DNA of 64,000 nt from Dictyostelium discoideum (taxonomy: Eukaryota): NCBI GenBank assembly GCA_000004695.1, contig CM000153.2:2464001-2528000 (forward strand). The letters are read 5' to 3'. Numbering within the stretch: the stretch's first letter is position 1; each line of letters opens with the position of its first letter. The notes beneath the pieces were generated by a model. The model did no database searches, was not told the DNA's origin, and saw only the letters and a program-made list of their open reading frames with translations. This document shows, piece by piece, positions 1 through 19,194 of the stretch. The position numbers and the translations under genes were made by a program.

Positions 1-134
1 ACAACTATTAATAATTTTTAAAAGTAAAAATAATAATAACTAAAATAAATAATAATAACTAAAATAAACATATAGTAATAAAAATAAAAAAATAAAATAG
101 TAATAATAATAATAATAATAATAAAAATGTAAGT

Positions 135-171
<37 letters not shown>

Positions 172-379
172 GACTGAAAACAAAAAAAATAAAAATAACA
201 ATAATGTTATTTTATTGTGCTTTTTTTTTATTATTCACCTATTCTATAAAATAAATTTATGGTTGGTGCTTATTTAATTTTGTGTTATTTATGAATCGTT
301 TTCTTCCACTCGTTCTCATATATACATTAAAAATAAAAATAAAAATAAAAATAAAAACAAAAATAAAATTAAAAAAAAA

Positions 380-411
<32 letters not shown>
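380..411. repeat. (CA)n dinucleotide microsatellite (~16 units)
   Basis: Read directly: 'cacacacacaca...' in the gene-free AT-rich leader region. Confidence 0.9.
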
Positions 412-413
<2 letters not shown>

Positions 414-877
414 CACATATACACATATAGAATATCGATCAAATTGGTGATGGAGAAAGTTTACTACAGTTTGATCTCAATACAAATATGGATATATTAA
501 AGTTTTATTTTAAAATAATACATTGATTAAATAAAATAAAATTAAAAAAAATAAAAAAAAAGAAATAAAAAGAAATAAAAAGAAATAAAAAATGAAAAAA
601 AAAAAAATAATAAAGTGTTTAAGAAAAAAAAAAAAAAAAAAAAAAAAAAACCAGGAAATTTAAAAAGGAAAAAAAAAAAAAAAAGAAAAAAAAAAATTGA
701 AGTAATGGAGTGATAATCAAAAACAATTTAAAATAATTGTCATTTAATTAATTTAATAACGTGATATATAATCATTTTTTTAAAATTAAAATATTTTTTT
801 TTTGACCCAATTTTATTTATATAATAATTATTGTTTCCTTAATATTAAAAATAATAATAATAATAATTTAAATTATT

Positions 878-908
<31 letters not shown>

Positions 909-1113
909 TTATTATTCTTCTTTACTTTGTTTCCAATAATAAGAAGTAATTGATGCAAATACCAGTTTATATTCGTGAGGGGTTTGTGTGTTGTGTTTTC
1001 CCCCATTTTTACAACAAATTTTGTTTATCTTTTGTTTTGTTTTGTTTTTGTTTTGTTTTGTTTTGTTTGGTAAAATTTTTTTTTTTTTTTTTTTTTTGGT
1101 TTGTTTATTTGAA

Positions 1114-1145
<32 letters not shown>

Positions 1146-1306
1146 TTTATTATTTTAAAAAATCAACCTTTAATGATACAAAAATATTCAATTCATCAAT
1201 TTCCAATTCGCCTCACTAATAGGTACACACTATATATAACTTTGGCGAAATAAATAAAATCCAATTTTACACTCACATAAAAAGTAAATCTTAAAGTTTG
1301 CACTCA

Positions 1307-1342
<36 letters not shown>

Positions 1343-1458
1343 TCATTTCAATCAAATCATGTATGGGTGTTTATCATTATTGTTGGATTTTAAATTAATA
1401 TTGGTATTATAAAAAAAAATTAAATAAATAAAATAAATAAATAAATAAATAATTAAAT

Positions 1459-1492
<34 letters not shown>

Positions 1493-1507
1493 TTGTGGTT
1501 ACCCCCC

Positions 1508-1539
<32 letters not shown>

Positions 1540-1639
1540 AAATAAAAAAAAAAAAGTATCACACTACAGCCAAAAATAATTTAAATAACAATATAAATTT
1601 ATCCTCACTATTTTATAAATAAATATTATAATACATATA

Positions 1640-1701
1640 TTTATTTTTATTTATTTTATTTATTTATTTATTAAATTTATTTTATATTTATTTATTTATT
1701 T

Positions 1702-1749
<48 letters not shown>

Positions 1750-1752
1750 TTA
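1640..1752. repeat. (TTTA)n tetranucleotide microsatellite
   Basis: Read directly: 'tttatttatttattta...' for about 110 bp, inside the 3-kb non-coding desert 1-3000. Confidence 0.9.
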
Positions 1753-2361
1753 ATATATTAATATATTAAATGGAAATAAAGTTTTAGAGTTTCTTTTTTT
1801 TTTTAAAAAAATAATAATAGTAATTATAAATCAGAACTTTTTTTTTATTTTTATTTTTTTTTGACAATTTTTTTTTTTCATTAATTTAATTGTAAAATAT
1901 CAAAAAGTTTTATTTTCACAAAAAAAAAATCTTATTTTCAGCTTTTCAATCAAAAAAAAAAAAAAAAAAAATTTTATTTTTTTTATTTTTTTTTTATTTT
2001 TTCTTTTTTTTTTTAGTTTCAATAATAAAAATAATTTAAATTAAAATCCAAATTAAACCTTAAGGTTTATAATAATAAATATTTAAATAATAGTTTGTTC
2101 ACTTTATTAAAAAAAAATAAAAATAAAAATTAAAAAAATAAAAAAAAAAAAAACTGGCATGTGTGTAAGTCACTTGATATTTTTTTTTTTATGTAGATCT
2201 AAAAAAAAAAAAAAAAAAAAAAAAAATTATTATAAATGAATTAATTTATAAACGCACACACATATCACACACACATCATATCATTATTTTTTATTTTATT
2301 TTATTTTATTTTTTTTTTCTCTCTAAAATCACACTGCCCCAAATTAATTTGTTATACAGGA

Positions 2362-2406
<45 letters not shown>

Positions 2407-2632
2407 AAAATAAAATAAAAATAAAAATAAAAAAATAAAAATAAATTTTTGATGTTTTTTTTTAAAATTTTTAAAAAAAATTTAAAAAAAAAAGGGGTTT
2501 TTTTATGGCAAAAAAAATTTTTTTTCCCAAAAAATTTAAAAAAAAAAAAATTTTTTAAATATTAAAAAATTTTTTTTTTTTTTTTTTTCAAAAAAAAAAA
2601 AAAAAAAAAAAAAAACCCCAACTTTTTTTTTT

Positions 2633-2670
<38 letters not shown>

Positions 2671-3018
2671 AATAGTAACAAAGATACAGTCACAACAAAT
2701 CGGAACATATAGAAATAATAATAATAATAATAATAATAATAATTAAAGTAATAGTAAATAATAATAAATAAATAATAATTTAAATTATTAATAGTTTTGT
2801 AGTATAATAAATTGTATTTTTAAGTCAAATCTCTATATTTAGAAATCAAATAGAAAAAAAAAAAAAAAAGAAAAAAAAAGAAATAAAGAAAGAAATAAAA
2901 GAAATAAAAAAAAAAAGAAATACAATATAAAATTTTAAAAAAAGAAAATATAATATAATTTATATATATATTATATATAAAAAATATATATATAAATAAA
3001 AATAAAAATTAAAATTAA

Positions 3019-4467
3019 ATGACAAAAGAAAAAACAATTGTTGTTGAAGAAGATGAAGATGATGAAATAGAGTCAGTGAAAGGGCCAACAAGAAGTAGTC
3101 CATTTCATTTATTAGGAGCATTTTGTTTTATAACGGCTATTATAGCAGCAGTAGTTTGTTGTTTAGTATCGACATTGATAAAGGGGATTTCATCACAGAC
3201 TAGAGGATATATATTTTTTGCAACATTTGCAACCTTTATAGTGTTGTTATTCTTTTGTCTCTGCTGTACCTATTATTTGGGTGCATCAAGAGAGGCATGG
3301 GAGACACCACAACATACAGACGTTCGTTGGAATTTCACCAATATCGTGGCAATGGCAGGTTTGTTTGTAGAGTTTGTTCAGATTTGTTCATTTTCATTCA
3401 ACGAGTCGTTTGGGCCTTACATGGGTTCCTATATATTTAGATATTTCAATTACACAGCAACACCCTATCCAAAGGGGCCAGGCTTTGAAATCGCCTATTG
3501 GGTTATGTTTGTTGTGGCTTTCTCGCCCTATATCTTTGTAATTGCAATTCGTATCCTCATCTATATGTATGGCATTAAGAAGGGTGCAGACTCTGCCGCT
3601 GGTGTGGTCGAGCGTTATCAAGATAATATCTACTCTGTACTTTGGTTCCTTGTAAATACTTTATATTTCCCAGTCATCACAATGATGTTAACAGGTACAA
3701 GTTGTACCTTTTCAAAGAGTGATAGTGAAGAAGACATCATATCGTCACTTTCAAGTGCTGGTAGTTCTTTAATTAATTCAACCATTGGTAGTAGTAGTTC
3801 TTATTTACCAACATTGGATGCAAATAAAGATATCGTATGTCTTCAAGGCAAACATGTAGCATTTTTGGTTTGTACAATGATTGCATTGATCATCTATTAT
3901 CCTGCCGCCTCTTTTGCTCAATCTCAAACTCAAAACATCTCTGATATCAAATTTAAACCAAAGGTTGTGTTTGTCATGTTGCAAGGTAAATTCCTTTTGG
4001 GTGCACTTTGTGTAAGTTTTGGTAATAAACAATACGTTGTCTATCTCATAACGGTGGTGGTAATCAATTTCTTCTTTTTGGTTCTAAACGTTTGGTTCCA
4101 ACCTTGTCTATTACCTTGGGTTAATCGTCTACGTACTCTCTTCTTTAGTTTATCCGCTTGGGCTTCTTTGGTTCTTGTCATTAGTCATAGAATGTATTAT
4201 CCCGCTAAAGATGTTGATAATCGTGTACTACCTCTCATTCTTTTATTGGTTGGTTGGGGTATAATTATAGCGTTTTTAGTCGTTTTCTTTGCTGGTTACT
4301 CTAAATTCTTAAATAGAACTAGAGATTTATTCAATAAGAAATTTAAAAATCAACGTGGTACTAATATTCAAGCTAATCAACAACAACAACAACAACAACA
4401 AGCTAATCAACAACAACAACAACATCACCACCACCATCAACAACAACAACAACAACAACAACACCAA

Positions 4468-4510
<43 letters not shown>

Positions 4511-4599
4511 CACAAAATAATTATAATATAAAAGATGATTCCTCTGATGAATCAATGGAGATGGAAGATATGAGTGGTGCTAATGTACGTAGTCAATAA
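3019..4599 (+). CDS. Multi-pass transmembrane protein (at least 8 hydrophobic helices) with an acidic N-terminus and a C-terminal poly-Q/His tail; family not recognised
   Basis: 526-aa ORF starting at a genuine ATG and showing no introns. There are repeated hydrophobic segments (for example FCFITAIIAAVVCCLV, IFFATFATFIVLLFFCLCC, IAYWVMFVVAFSPYIFVIAIRILIY). The coding GC content is noticeably higher than flanking DNA. The CAA/CAT repeats at 4380-4510 encode Q/H. Confidence 0.6.
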
Positions 4600-4690
4600 A
4601 AAAAAAAAACAACAAAAAAAAAAAGTTAAAAAAAGAAGGCATCATTCGAATGTAGAGTTCAATCAAGCATTAGAATTTAATGATAAAAAA

Positions 4691-4741
<51 letters not shown>

Positions 4742-5558
4742 AAAGAAAAAAAAAAAATACTTTGATTTTTACATTTTTACACAAAAATAAAATAAATTAA
4801 ATTAAAAAAAAAATTAAATAATAAAAAATCAAGTTTTATTTCTTTTTTTTTTTGTAAACCTTTTTTTTTTCATTTTTATTTTTAGATTTTTATTTTTAGA
4901 TTTTTATTTTTTCAGATTTTTATTTGAAATTATTATTATTATTATTTATTTAATAAACGTTTATTAAAAAAAAAAATAATAAAAATTAAAACCACTTTTT
5001 TCTCTCAGATTATTTAAAATAAAAATCGATTATCTTAATCTAAACATCTACTTTTTTTATAAAAGAAATCAATTTTTTATTATTATTTTAGAGTCATGTT
5101 TGGGGTGTTTTTTTTTTTTCTTTTTTTTAATAATTTTATTAATTTAATATGAATTAAATAGGAACTAGCAAATCATATTAATTCTTTATTATATTAATGT
5201 TTTTTTTTTTTTTTTCCATATAAAATTTTTTTTTTTTATTTTTTTTTGTATTCTAGTGCTTTATCTGTGTGGTTGAGTGGGTGTAATAATCTTTAAAAGT
5301 TATTAATTTTCAATAAAAAAACAATATTTAGTATGAAAGTAATCAAATGATTCTGCTTTTTTTTTTTTTCACATAATATTGAGTTATTTGTTTTTTTATT
5401 TATTAATTTTTTTATTATTTTTTATTATTTTTTTTTTTAAATAAAAAAAAAAAAAAAATAAAAAAAACTATTCCATTCCCTTCTCTTTTTTATTGAATAA
5501 GTAAAATAAAAATTTTTATTATTTTTATTAATACAGATACAGATAAAAAAAAAAAAAA

Positions 5559-7892
<2,334 letters not shown>

Positions 7893-8132
7893 AAATAAAA
7901 AAAATAATAATAATAATACCTTTAATAGTTTTTTTTTTAAGATATTAATATTTTAAAATCTTAGCAAAATAATAAAATATAATCAAGATTCATTTATTTT
8001 TAGATTGGAAAATATAATACAATTCTAAAGATTAAAAGATATTAAATAAAAAAATATAAAAAGTTATTATACAAATTTTTTTTTAATTTTTTATATTTTT
8101 TTTTTTTTTGATTAATTTAAAAATAAAATATT

Positions 8133-8166
<34 letters not shown>

Positions 8167-8578
8167 AGAATGATTACATTCATTTTTTATATTTTAAATA
8201 ATTTTGTGTATTTTTGAGTGTTCTATTTATACATACTAAGTTCATATTAAAAATAAATAAAATTTAATCAAAAATAAAAAAATAAAAAAAAAAATAAAAA
8301 AAAAAAAATAAATGATAAACTTAAATTAATAAAACTGTTTTTAATTTTATCAATATTGATTGTAAATGAAAACTTGAAAATTAATTTTTTTTAAACATTT
8401 TCATAAATATAATTATTTGTTGTAAAAATTCAAAGAATTCGTTGAGTCAAAACTTTTTTTTTTTTTATTTTTTTTATTTTTTTTATTTTTTTTATTTTTA
8501 GGACAAATATAAAAATCTAATTTTTTCAGTTTTTTTTTTTTTTTTTTATATCAAATATATATATATTTTTCACAAAAA

Positions 8579-9541
8579 ATGAAACATAATTATTATATTT
8601 TATTTTTAATATTAATATCAAGTTTATTTTTATCAAATAAAGTTGTTGAATCATATGGACATCGTAATAATAATAAAGGTGGTGATTCAAAGATTTTATT
8701 AAAAGATGTTCAAGTTTTAACATTAAGATCAGGTGAAATGACAAAAGCCCGAAGATCTTCACCAATCCAACAAATGGAATGTATTGGTGGAACAGCAACA
8801 AAGGAATTAGAACTTTATCCAAAAACAATACAATGTTATAATATGGGATCAAATGGTGTTGATGTTCAATGGAAATGTGAAGCAACATTAGATTCAACAG
8901 TTAGATTAGGTACTATCGATGTAAGTTGTGAAGGTTATTCTTATCCAGAAGATCCTTATATCACTGCTGATAGTTGTGGTGTATTCTATCAATTAGAATA
9001 TACAAATGAACAAAGAAGAAAAGCAGCATTAGCTGAAGAAGAAACATCATGGGTACAAATCATTTTTTGTATTGCATTTATAGGTTTAATTTTATATGCA
9101 GTATTTAATTGGTGTGGTTCACCTCAAGGTGATGATGATAGTAATACTGCTCAAAATAATACTGCAACTGATAATAATTATCCAGGTGGTTTCCCAGGTA
9201 ATAATAATAATAATAACAATAATAATAACAATAGTAATAATAACAACTATGGTGGAAATTATCAAGGTTATCCAAATTTAAATAACAATAATAATGCAGG
9301 TGGTTGTGCTCAACCAAATAATGGCGGTGGTGGTGGTGGTGGTTGGTTTCAACCAGGTTTATGGACAGGTTTAGCTTCTGGTTATCTTTTTGGAAGAATT
9401 CATTCAAATAGGAATCATCATCATTATTATAATCCATCACCTTCATATAATAGACCTAGAAGTTCTTATAGTAGTGGTAGTAGTGGTGGTAGTGGTATAT
9501 CTTCAAGTTCTTCCTCTTATTCTGGTACTTCAAGAAGATAA
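8579..9541 (+). CDS. SARAF/TMEM66-like (DUF1183) single-pass membrane protein with an N/G/S-rich tail
   Basis: 320-aa ORF with a signal peptide. The lumenal domain 'KILLKDVQVLTLRSGEMTKARRSSPIQQMECIGGTA...KTIQCYNMGSNGVDVQWKCEA...IDVSCEGYSYPEDPYITADSCGVFYQLEY' aligns with the conserved SARAF lumenal region, with cysteines in register. A TM helix 'WVQIIFCIAFIGLILYAVFNW' follows. Confidence 0.7.
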   Translation: MKHNYYILFLILISSLFLSNKVVESYGHRNNNKGGDSKILLKDVQVLTLRSGEMTKARRSSPIQQMECIGGTATKELELYPKTIQCYNMGSNGVDVQWKCEATLDSTVRLGTIDVSCEGYSYPEDPYITADSCGVFYQLEYTNEQRRKAALAEEETSWVQIIFCIAFIGLILYAVFNWCGSPQGDDDSNTAQNNTATDNNYPGGFPGNNNNNNNNNNNSNNNNYGGNYQGYPNLNNNNNAGGCAQPNNGGGGGGGWFQPGLWTGLASGYLFGRIHSNRNHHHYYNPSPSYNRPRSSYSSGSSGGSGISSSSSSYSGTSRR

Positions 9542-9807
9542 TTAAATTATAATAAATAAATAAATAAACCTTTTTGTACATTTATAATATTTGAAATTTT
9601 TTTTTTTTTTTTATTTAATTTTTTTTTAAATTTATTCAATCATATCATTAATATCAACCTTAATTTGTTGATCAGGGAATTCCGATTTTCTAATTCTAAT
9701 ACTAAAGCATACTAAATATATATTAAGAGAAAAAAAAAAAAAATTAATTAATTAGTAATTAATAATTATTAATTTTATTATTATTATTATTATTTTTTTT
9801 TTTTTTT

Positions 9808-10450
9808 TTATATATATTTACATTTTTCAATCTTTTTTAAACTTTCTTCCATTGTATTCATTTTTGAAGTAATATCTTTATTTAAATGACATTTTTTGAA
9901 ACCACTACTCATTGACCTAATGAAATCACAAATTTTAAAACATTCATCGTATTTACCAACAGTGACACAACCAGTTGAATAACGCATAAGTTCACCAGAT
10001 AAATCACAAATACCCAATGCATAATCATCGATAGAGATATTGAATTGACCTAAACTATCTAAATTCAATGCTTCTTTGATTGGTATTAATATTGAATCCA
10101 ATGGTATTAAAGCACCAAACTCTATATAATATTGAAATGAAACTGCTTCAATATATTCTTGAACACCATTTGTAAATGCTTTTTGAAATTTCCAATATTC
10201 TTGTTGATCCAATTCCTTTATAATATTACCAAATAAATTGAAAATTGGTTGAAGATTTTGTTTACTTTGTTTTAATATCTCTTGTTTATCCTCCCATACT
10301 GCACGTTGTAATAATGAAATTACTCTTTTACTTGCAATCGTTATATCTCTACTATTTTTTACAATTCTTTCTCTTCTATCATTCTAAAAAAATAAAATTA
10401 AATAAAATAAAATAATAAAAAGTTAGTGAAAATCTAAGTTTGAATTAGAT

Positions 10451-10527
<77 letters not shown>

Positions 10528-10831
10528 GATTATTACATCTTCATCTAATTTTTTACTAAATGATGAAAACATTGATTTAATTTTTGGTTCATTAAATATT
10601 GATTCTTTTTCATTATTTTCATTTTTATTATTTTCATTTTTATTATAAATGTTATTTCGATTATTATTGTAGTTTGATCTAAATCTTTTCTCTATTATTA
10701 TTATTATAAATATTTTAGTTTGTTTGTACTTATATTAATAAAATAATAATAGTAATTAACTATAAAAACATACCCTCTCCTTTTTTTAAAGGTTGTTGGT
10801 CATCTCTTTTGTTATTAACATTTGTTGACAT
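9808..10831 (-). CDS. Translin-associated factor X (TRAX)-like protein, 3 exons
   Basis: Exon 1 runs from the ATG at ~10831 down to ~10774 (MSTNVNNKRDDQQPLKKGE, donor GTATGT). Exon 2 is ~10691-10537 (...SIFNEPKIKSMFSSFSKKLDED, donor GTAATA) and is followed by an intron holding an ~75-nt poly-A/T run. Exon 3 is ~10383-9808 (NDRRERIVKNSRDITIASKRVISLLQR ... DYALGICDLSGELMRY ... stop). The translin-family motifs 'SRDITxxSKRxI' and 'DYLLGxxDLTGELMR' are present. Confidence 0.7.
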
Positions 10832-11145
10832 TGTTTTTTTTTTTGCAATATTTTTTTTTTTTTTTTTTTTTTTCCCATTTCGCTTTTTTTTTTTTTTTTT
10901 TTTTTTTAAATTATTTTTTTTTTTTTCAATTTTTTTTTTTTTTTTTTTTTTTAACACAAAATTTCCAAATAAATAATTTTCTATAATTAGAATTTTTTAA
11001 CATATTAATGGTATTTTATTTAACTTTGTTTATTTAATAAAAAAAAAAAACTAAAAAAAAATTGTTTTTTTCCAAATTCTCCCATAACTTTTTTTTTAAA
11101 TTTTTTTTTTTTTTTTAAATTAGGAATTTAAAAAATTATTTATTT

Positions 11146-11233
11146 GCGTGTTTGATCGCTATCTGGGGATGCGTGTGGACTTCAAATCCATAGCTCGATA
11201 ACTCGAGAGTTGTTCGATTCAACCTGACGCGCG
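11146..11233 (+). tRNA. Selenocysteine tRNA (tRNA-Sec, anticodon TCA reading UGA)
   Basis: An 88-nt GC-rich island in AT-rich DNA: GCGTGTTTGATCGCTATCTGGGGATGCGTGTGGACTTCAAATCCATAGCTCGATAACTCGAGAGTTGTTCGATTCAACCTGACGCGCG. A 6-bp anticodon stem (TGTGGA/TCCATA) carries the loop CTTCAAA, giving anticodon UCA. The long variable arm is CTCGA-TAAC-TCGAG. The T-arm is GTTG-TTCGATT-CAAC. A 9-bp acceptor pairs to ...CTGACGCGC with discriminator G. It aligns block-by-block with vertebrate tRNA-Sec (GCCCGGATGATCC..TCTGGGG..GCTTCAAACCTGTAGC..AGTGGTTCAATTCCACC..CGGGCG). A TTTATTGTTTT run lies immediately 3', and an AT-rich TATA-like stretch lies about 25-30 nt upstream. Confidence 0.8.
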
Positions 11234-11244
11234 TTTATTGTTTT
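11234..11244 (+). terminator. RNA polymerase III T-run terminator for the tRNA-Sec gene
   Basis: 'tttattgtttt' directly follows the discriminator base. Confidence 0.5.
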
Positions 11245-11440
11245 AAAAAAAAAAAAAAAAGAAAAAAATAAAAAGATATCAAAAATTCTATCTGTAATCC
11301 CAAGAAAGAAAAAGATACAGATAATTGATCACTCTAAATAATAATCATATTAATTAAATATTAATAAATAAATAAATAAAAAAAAATAAATTAATATATT
11401 AAACAATTTAAAAAAATAAAATAAAAATAAAATAACTAAA

Positions 11441-11471
<31 letters not shown>

Positions 11472-11499
11472 AAAACTAATGGTTTTTATTATTTTATTT

Positions 11500-13179
<1,680 letters not shown>

Positions 13180-13292
13180 TTTACTAAAATAATTATATAT
13201 ATATACATATATATATATATTTTTTGTTATTGCACACTAGTAAATAATCATTTTTTTTTTTTTTTTTTTTTTTATGACCCTTGGTCACTTAC

Positions 13293-13327
<35 letters not shown>

Positions 13328-13532
13328 AAAAACAAAATTAAGAACTTAAAAAATTAAAAAATCTCAAAAAAATAAAAAAATTTATATTTTAAAAAGTATT
13401 TACGTTTTTTTTTATTTTTGTTATTTTAATATATATCTTATTATTATTTAAGAAGTGAAATAAATTTTATTCCCTCTAAAAATTTTTTTTTTTTTTTTTT
13501 TTTTTTTTCCCACAAAAAATTAAATAATAATT

Positions 13533-13895
13533 TTATTCATTTTTACTGCCATTTGGATATTTTCTTTCACCATATGCTGATATATAGTTTATATCATAGT
13601 CTTTTGATTTAATAATTTGTTTTAATTGTTCAATTTCTTTTAATTTTTCTTTAAGGATTGAAACTACCAAGTTACTGGAGATATGGTAATCACCATTTTC
13701 TAAACCATCCAATTGTGAGGGATGAGTAATATTTTTATATGCATTTGGTTCTTCTAATGGAGTATTTGATAACCAAGTTTCTTTATTATCAAATTCAACA
13801 GAACATAAATTTTTATTTTTTAATGCATCATTTAATTGATTTGTTGTTTCAATTCTAATTTTTAAATTTTTTTTTATATAATTTAAAATATCCAT
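13533..13895 (-). CDS. Small hypothetical protein (~120 aa), paralog of the N-terminal domain of the 11500-13179 gene
   Basis: The real ATG is at ~13895 (MDILNYIKKNLK...); the 37 residues the track places before it start at a non-ATG codon. It shares 'HPSQL' and 'S(I/V)L(S/K)EKL(E/K)(D/E)I' with its neighbour, in the same orientation, about 350 bp upstream. Confidence 0.5.
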   Translation of the reverse strand: MDILNYIKKNLKIRIETTNQLNDALKNKNLCSVEFDNKETWLSNTPLEEPNAYKNITHPSQLDGLENGDYHISSNLVVSILKEKLKEIEQLKQIIKSKDYDINYISAYGERKYPNGSKNE

Positions 13896-13906
13896 ATTTT
13901 TTTTTC

Positions 13907-13942
<36 letters not shown>

Positions 13943-14050
13943 GTAATAAAAAAATAAATGAACTAAAATAAATAAATAAATAAATATAAAAATAAAAAAA
14001 AAACAATAGTTCAAAAATTGATTTGGCAAAGATGAAAAATAAAAATAAAA

Positions 14051-14084
<34 letters not shown>

Positions 14085-14885
14085 AAATACAGATTTAACA
14101 CAAATATTGTGTTTTTTTTTTTTATTATTTTTAATCCAAAATTAGTGTGTTTTTATTTTTATTTTTATTTTTTTATACATAATTTAAAATTTTAAGTCAA
14201 GTCTTGAAAAAATGGGTGTTATTATAATAATAATTTCAAATACATTTTTGTAAAAATAGATTCTCATAGATGTAGTGAAGTTATATAATTAAAAGAAAAA
14301 AAAAAAAAAAAAAATTATCTCATTTTTTAATTTTCAAATTTTTTTAAACTACTATTTTTTTTTTTTTTTTTAATTAATATTATTATTTTAATAAAATAAC
14401 CATTATTATTTATTATTTTTAGGATGTTTTTAAAATAATATTAATTTATTAAAATTATAATTTTTTTTTTTTTTTTTTATCCATTACAATTTTCAATAGG
14501 AAATTTCAATTTTTTTTATTTTTTTTTATTTTTTTTTTTTCTCCAAGTTCCAAAAATTCGAAATCGGTGATAAAAATAGGACAATGTTGAAAAAACGATA
14601 ATTTTTTTTATTTTTGTAACTTGGTAACCCACCCAACACACAACAAATAAAATAAAAAAAATATAAAAAAATAAAAAAAATAAAAAAAATAAAAAAAAAA
14701 CAATAATACCACAACAAAATTTAAAAAAAAAACAATAATAAAAAAAACAACAACAAAAATAAAATAAAATAAAAATTAATTAAAAATAATAATTACAATA
14801 TTGTAATTATTATTTTTACAGATTGCTTCCAAAAAAAAAATAAAAATAAAAATAAAAAAAAAAATAAAATAAAATTAAATAAAAA

Positions 14886-14934
<49 letters not shown>

Positions 14935-15164
14935 TCTACCATAATGAAAATATTATTGTTTTATTAATTTTTAATTTTACCATTTTAAATAAAATTAAAT
15001 AAAATTAATTTTTATTTATAATTTGAATAAAATTAATTTTTATTTATAATTTAAATAAATCTTTAAAAAATATAATTTTGGAATTAAATAAAAAAAAAAA
15101 ATCTAAAAAATAAAAAATTTTGTTTAGAAAAAATAAAAAAAAAAATTAAAAAAAAAAAAATAAA

Positions 15165-16976
<1,812 letters not shown>

Positions 16977-17016
16977 TTTAACAAATAAAAAAATATATAT
17001 ATTGTAAAGAAATTAA

Positions 17017-18785
<1,769 letters not shown>

Positions 18786-19005
18786 TCCAATTGATTTTTT
18801 TTTTTTTTATTGAAATTTTTATTTTTCACTTTTTTTTTTTATTTTTTTAATTTTTTTTTTTTTTTTTAATTAATAATGTTAAAAAAAAAAAAAAAAAAGG
18901 TTGTAATGTTGTTACTTTTAAGTAAATTTTTTGAGCGTTGTCATGTTTTTTAGTTTCTAAAACCTCATTTATTGAAACTCGAATGATTTTTTTTTTTTAA
19001 AAAAA

Positions 19006-19076
19006 TGGACCTTGAGGGGATCGATCCCTCCCTGCCAGTTTGCGGAACTAGAATGCAACCTATACATCAAAGGCCC
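19006..19076 (-). tRNA. tRNA-like element with alanine identity features (G3:U70, A73, anticodon CGC); atypical, and possibly a pseudogene
   Basis: A 71-nt GC-rich island on the minus strand: GGGCCTTTGATGTATAGGTTGCATTCTAGTTCCGCAAACTGGCAGGGAGGGATCGATCCCCTCAAGGTCCA. The 7-bp acceptor contains a G3:U70 wobble. The D-stem is ATGT/GCAT. The anticodon stem CTAGT/ACTGG carries the loop TCCGCAA, giving anticodon CGC. The T-arm is GAGGG-ATCGATC-CCCTC. The discriminator is A. A T7 run lies directly 3' on that strand. Deviations are C33, A54 and a weak A-box. Confidence 0.4.
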
Positions 19077-19194
19077 GTTGGGACATGAGCTGCCTTAAGA
19101 AAAATTTTAAATTTAATAGACATAATTTTAATTAAAAGAATATATAAATAAATGTTTTATTTATTTTTTATTATTGTTAACAATTTTTCTATTT

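Noticed and set aside
950-1219. 89-aa ORF in the leader region
   Set aside because: Phe/Leu-rich translation of (TTTG)n and poly-T, with no ATG context and no coding-like composition.
4574-4765. 63-aa lysine-rich ORF
   Set aside because: A translation of poly-A/AAG low-complexity sequence in the 3' flank of the membrane-protein gene. The same reasoning covers 29037-29240 and the N-terminal part of 10760-10957.
19000-19100. Plus-strand tRNA, snRNA (U1/U2/U4/U5/U6) or class-I RNA identity for the GC-rich island
   Set aside because: No acceptor pairing or canonical loops could be drawn on the plus strand. Comparison with remembered snRNA sequences gave no match. The 'CCTTAAGAAAA' stretch matches the class-I RNA 11-mer only 7/11. 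The minus-strand tRNA-like fold explains the island better.
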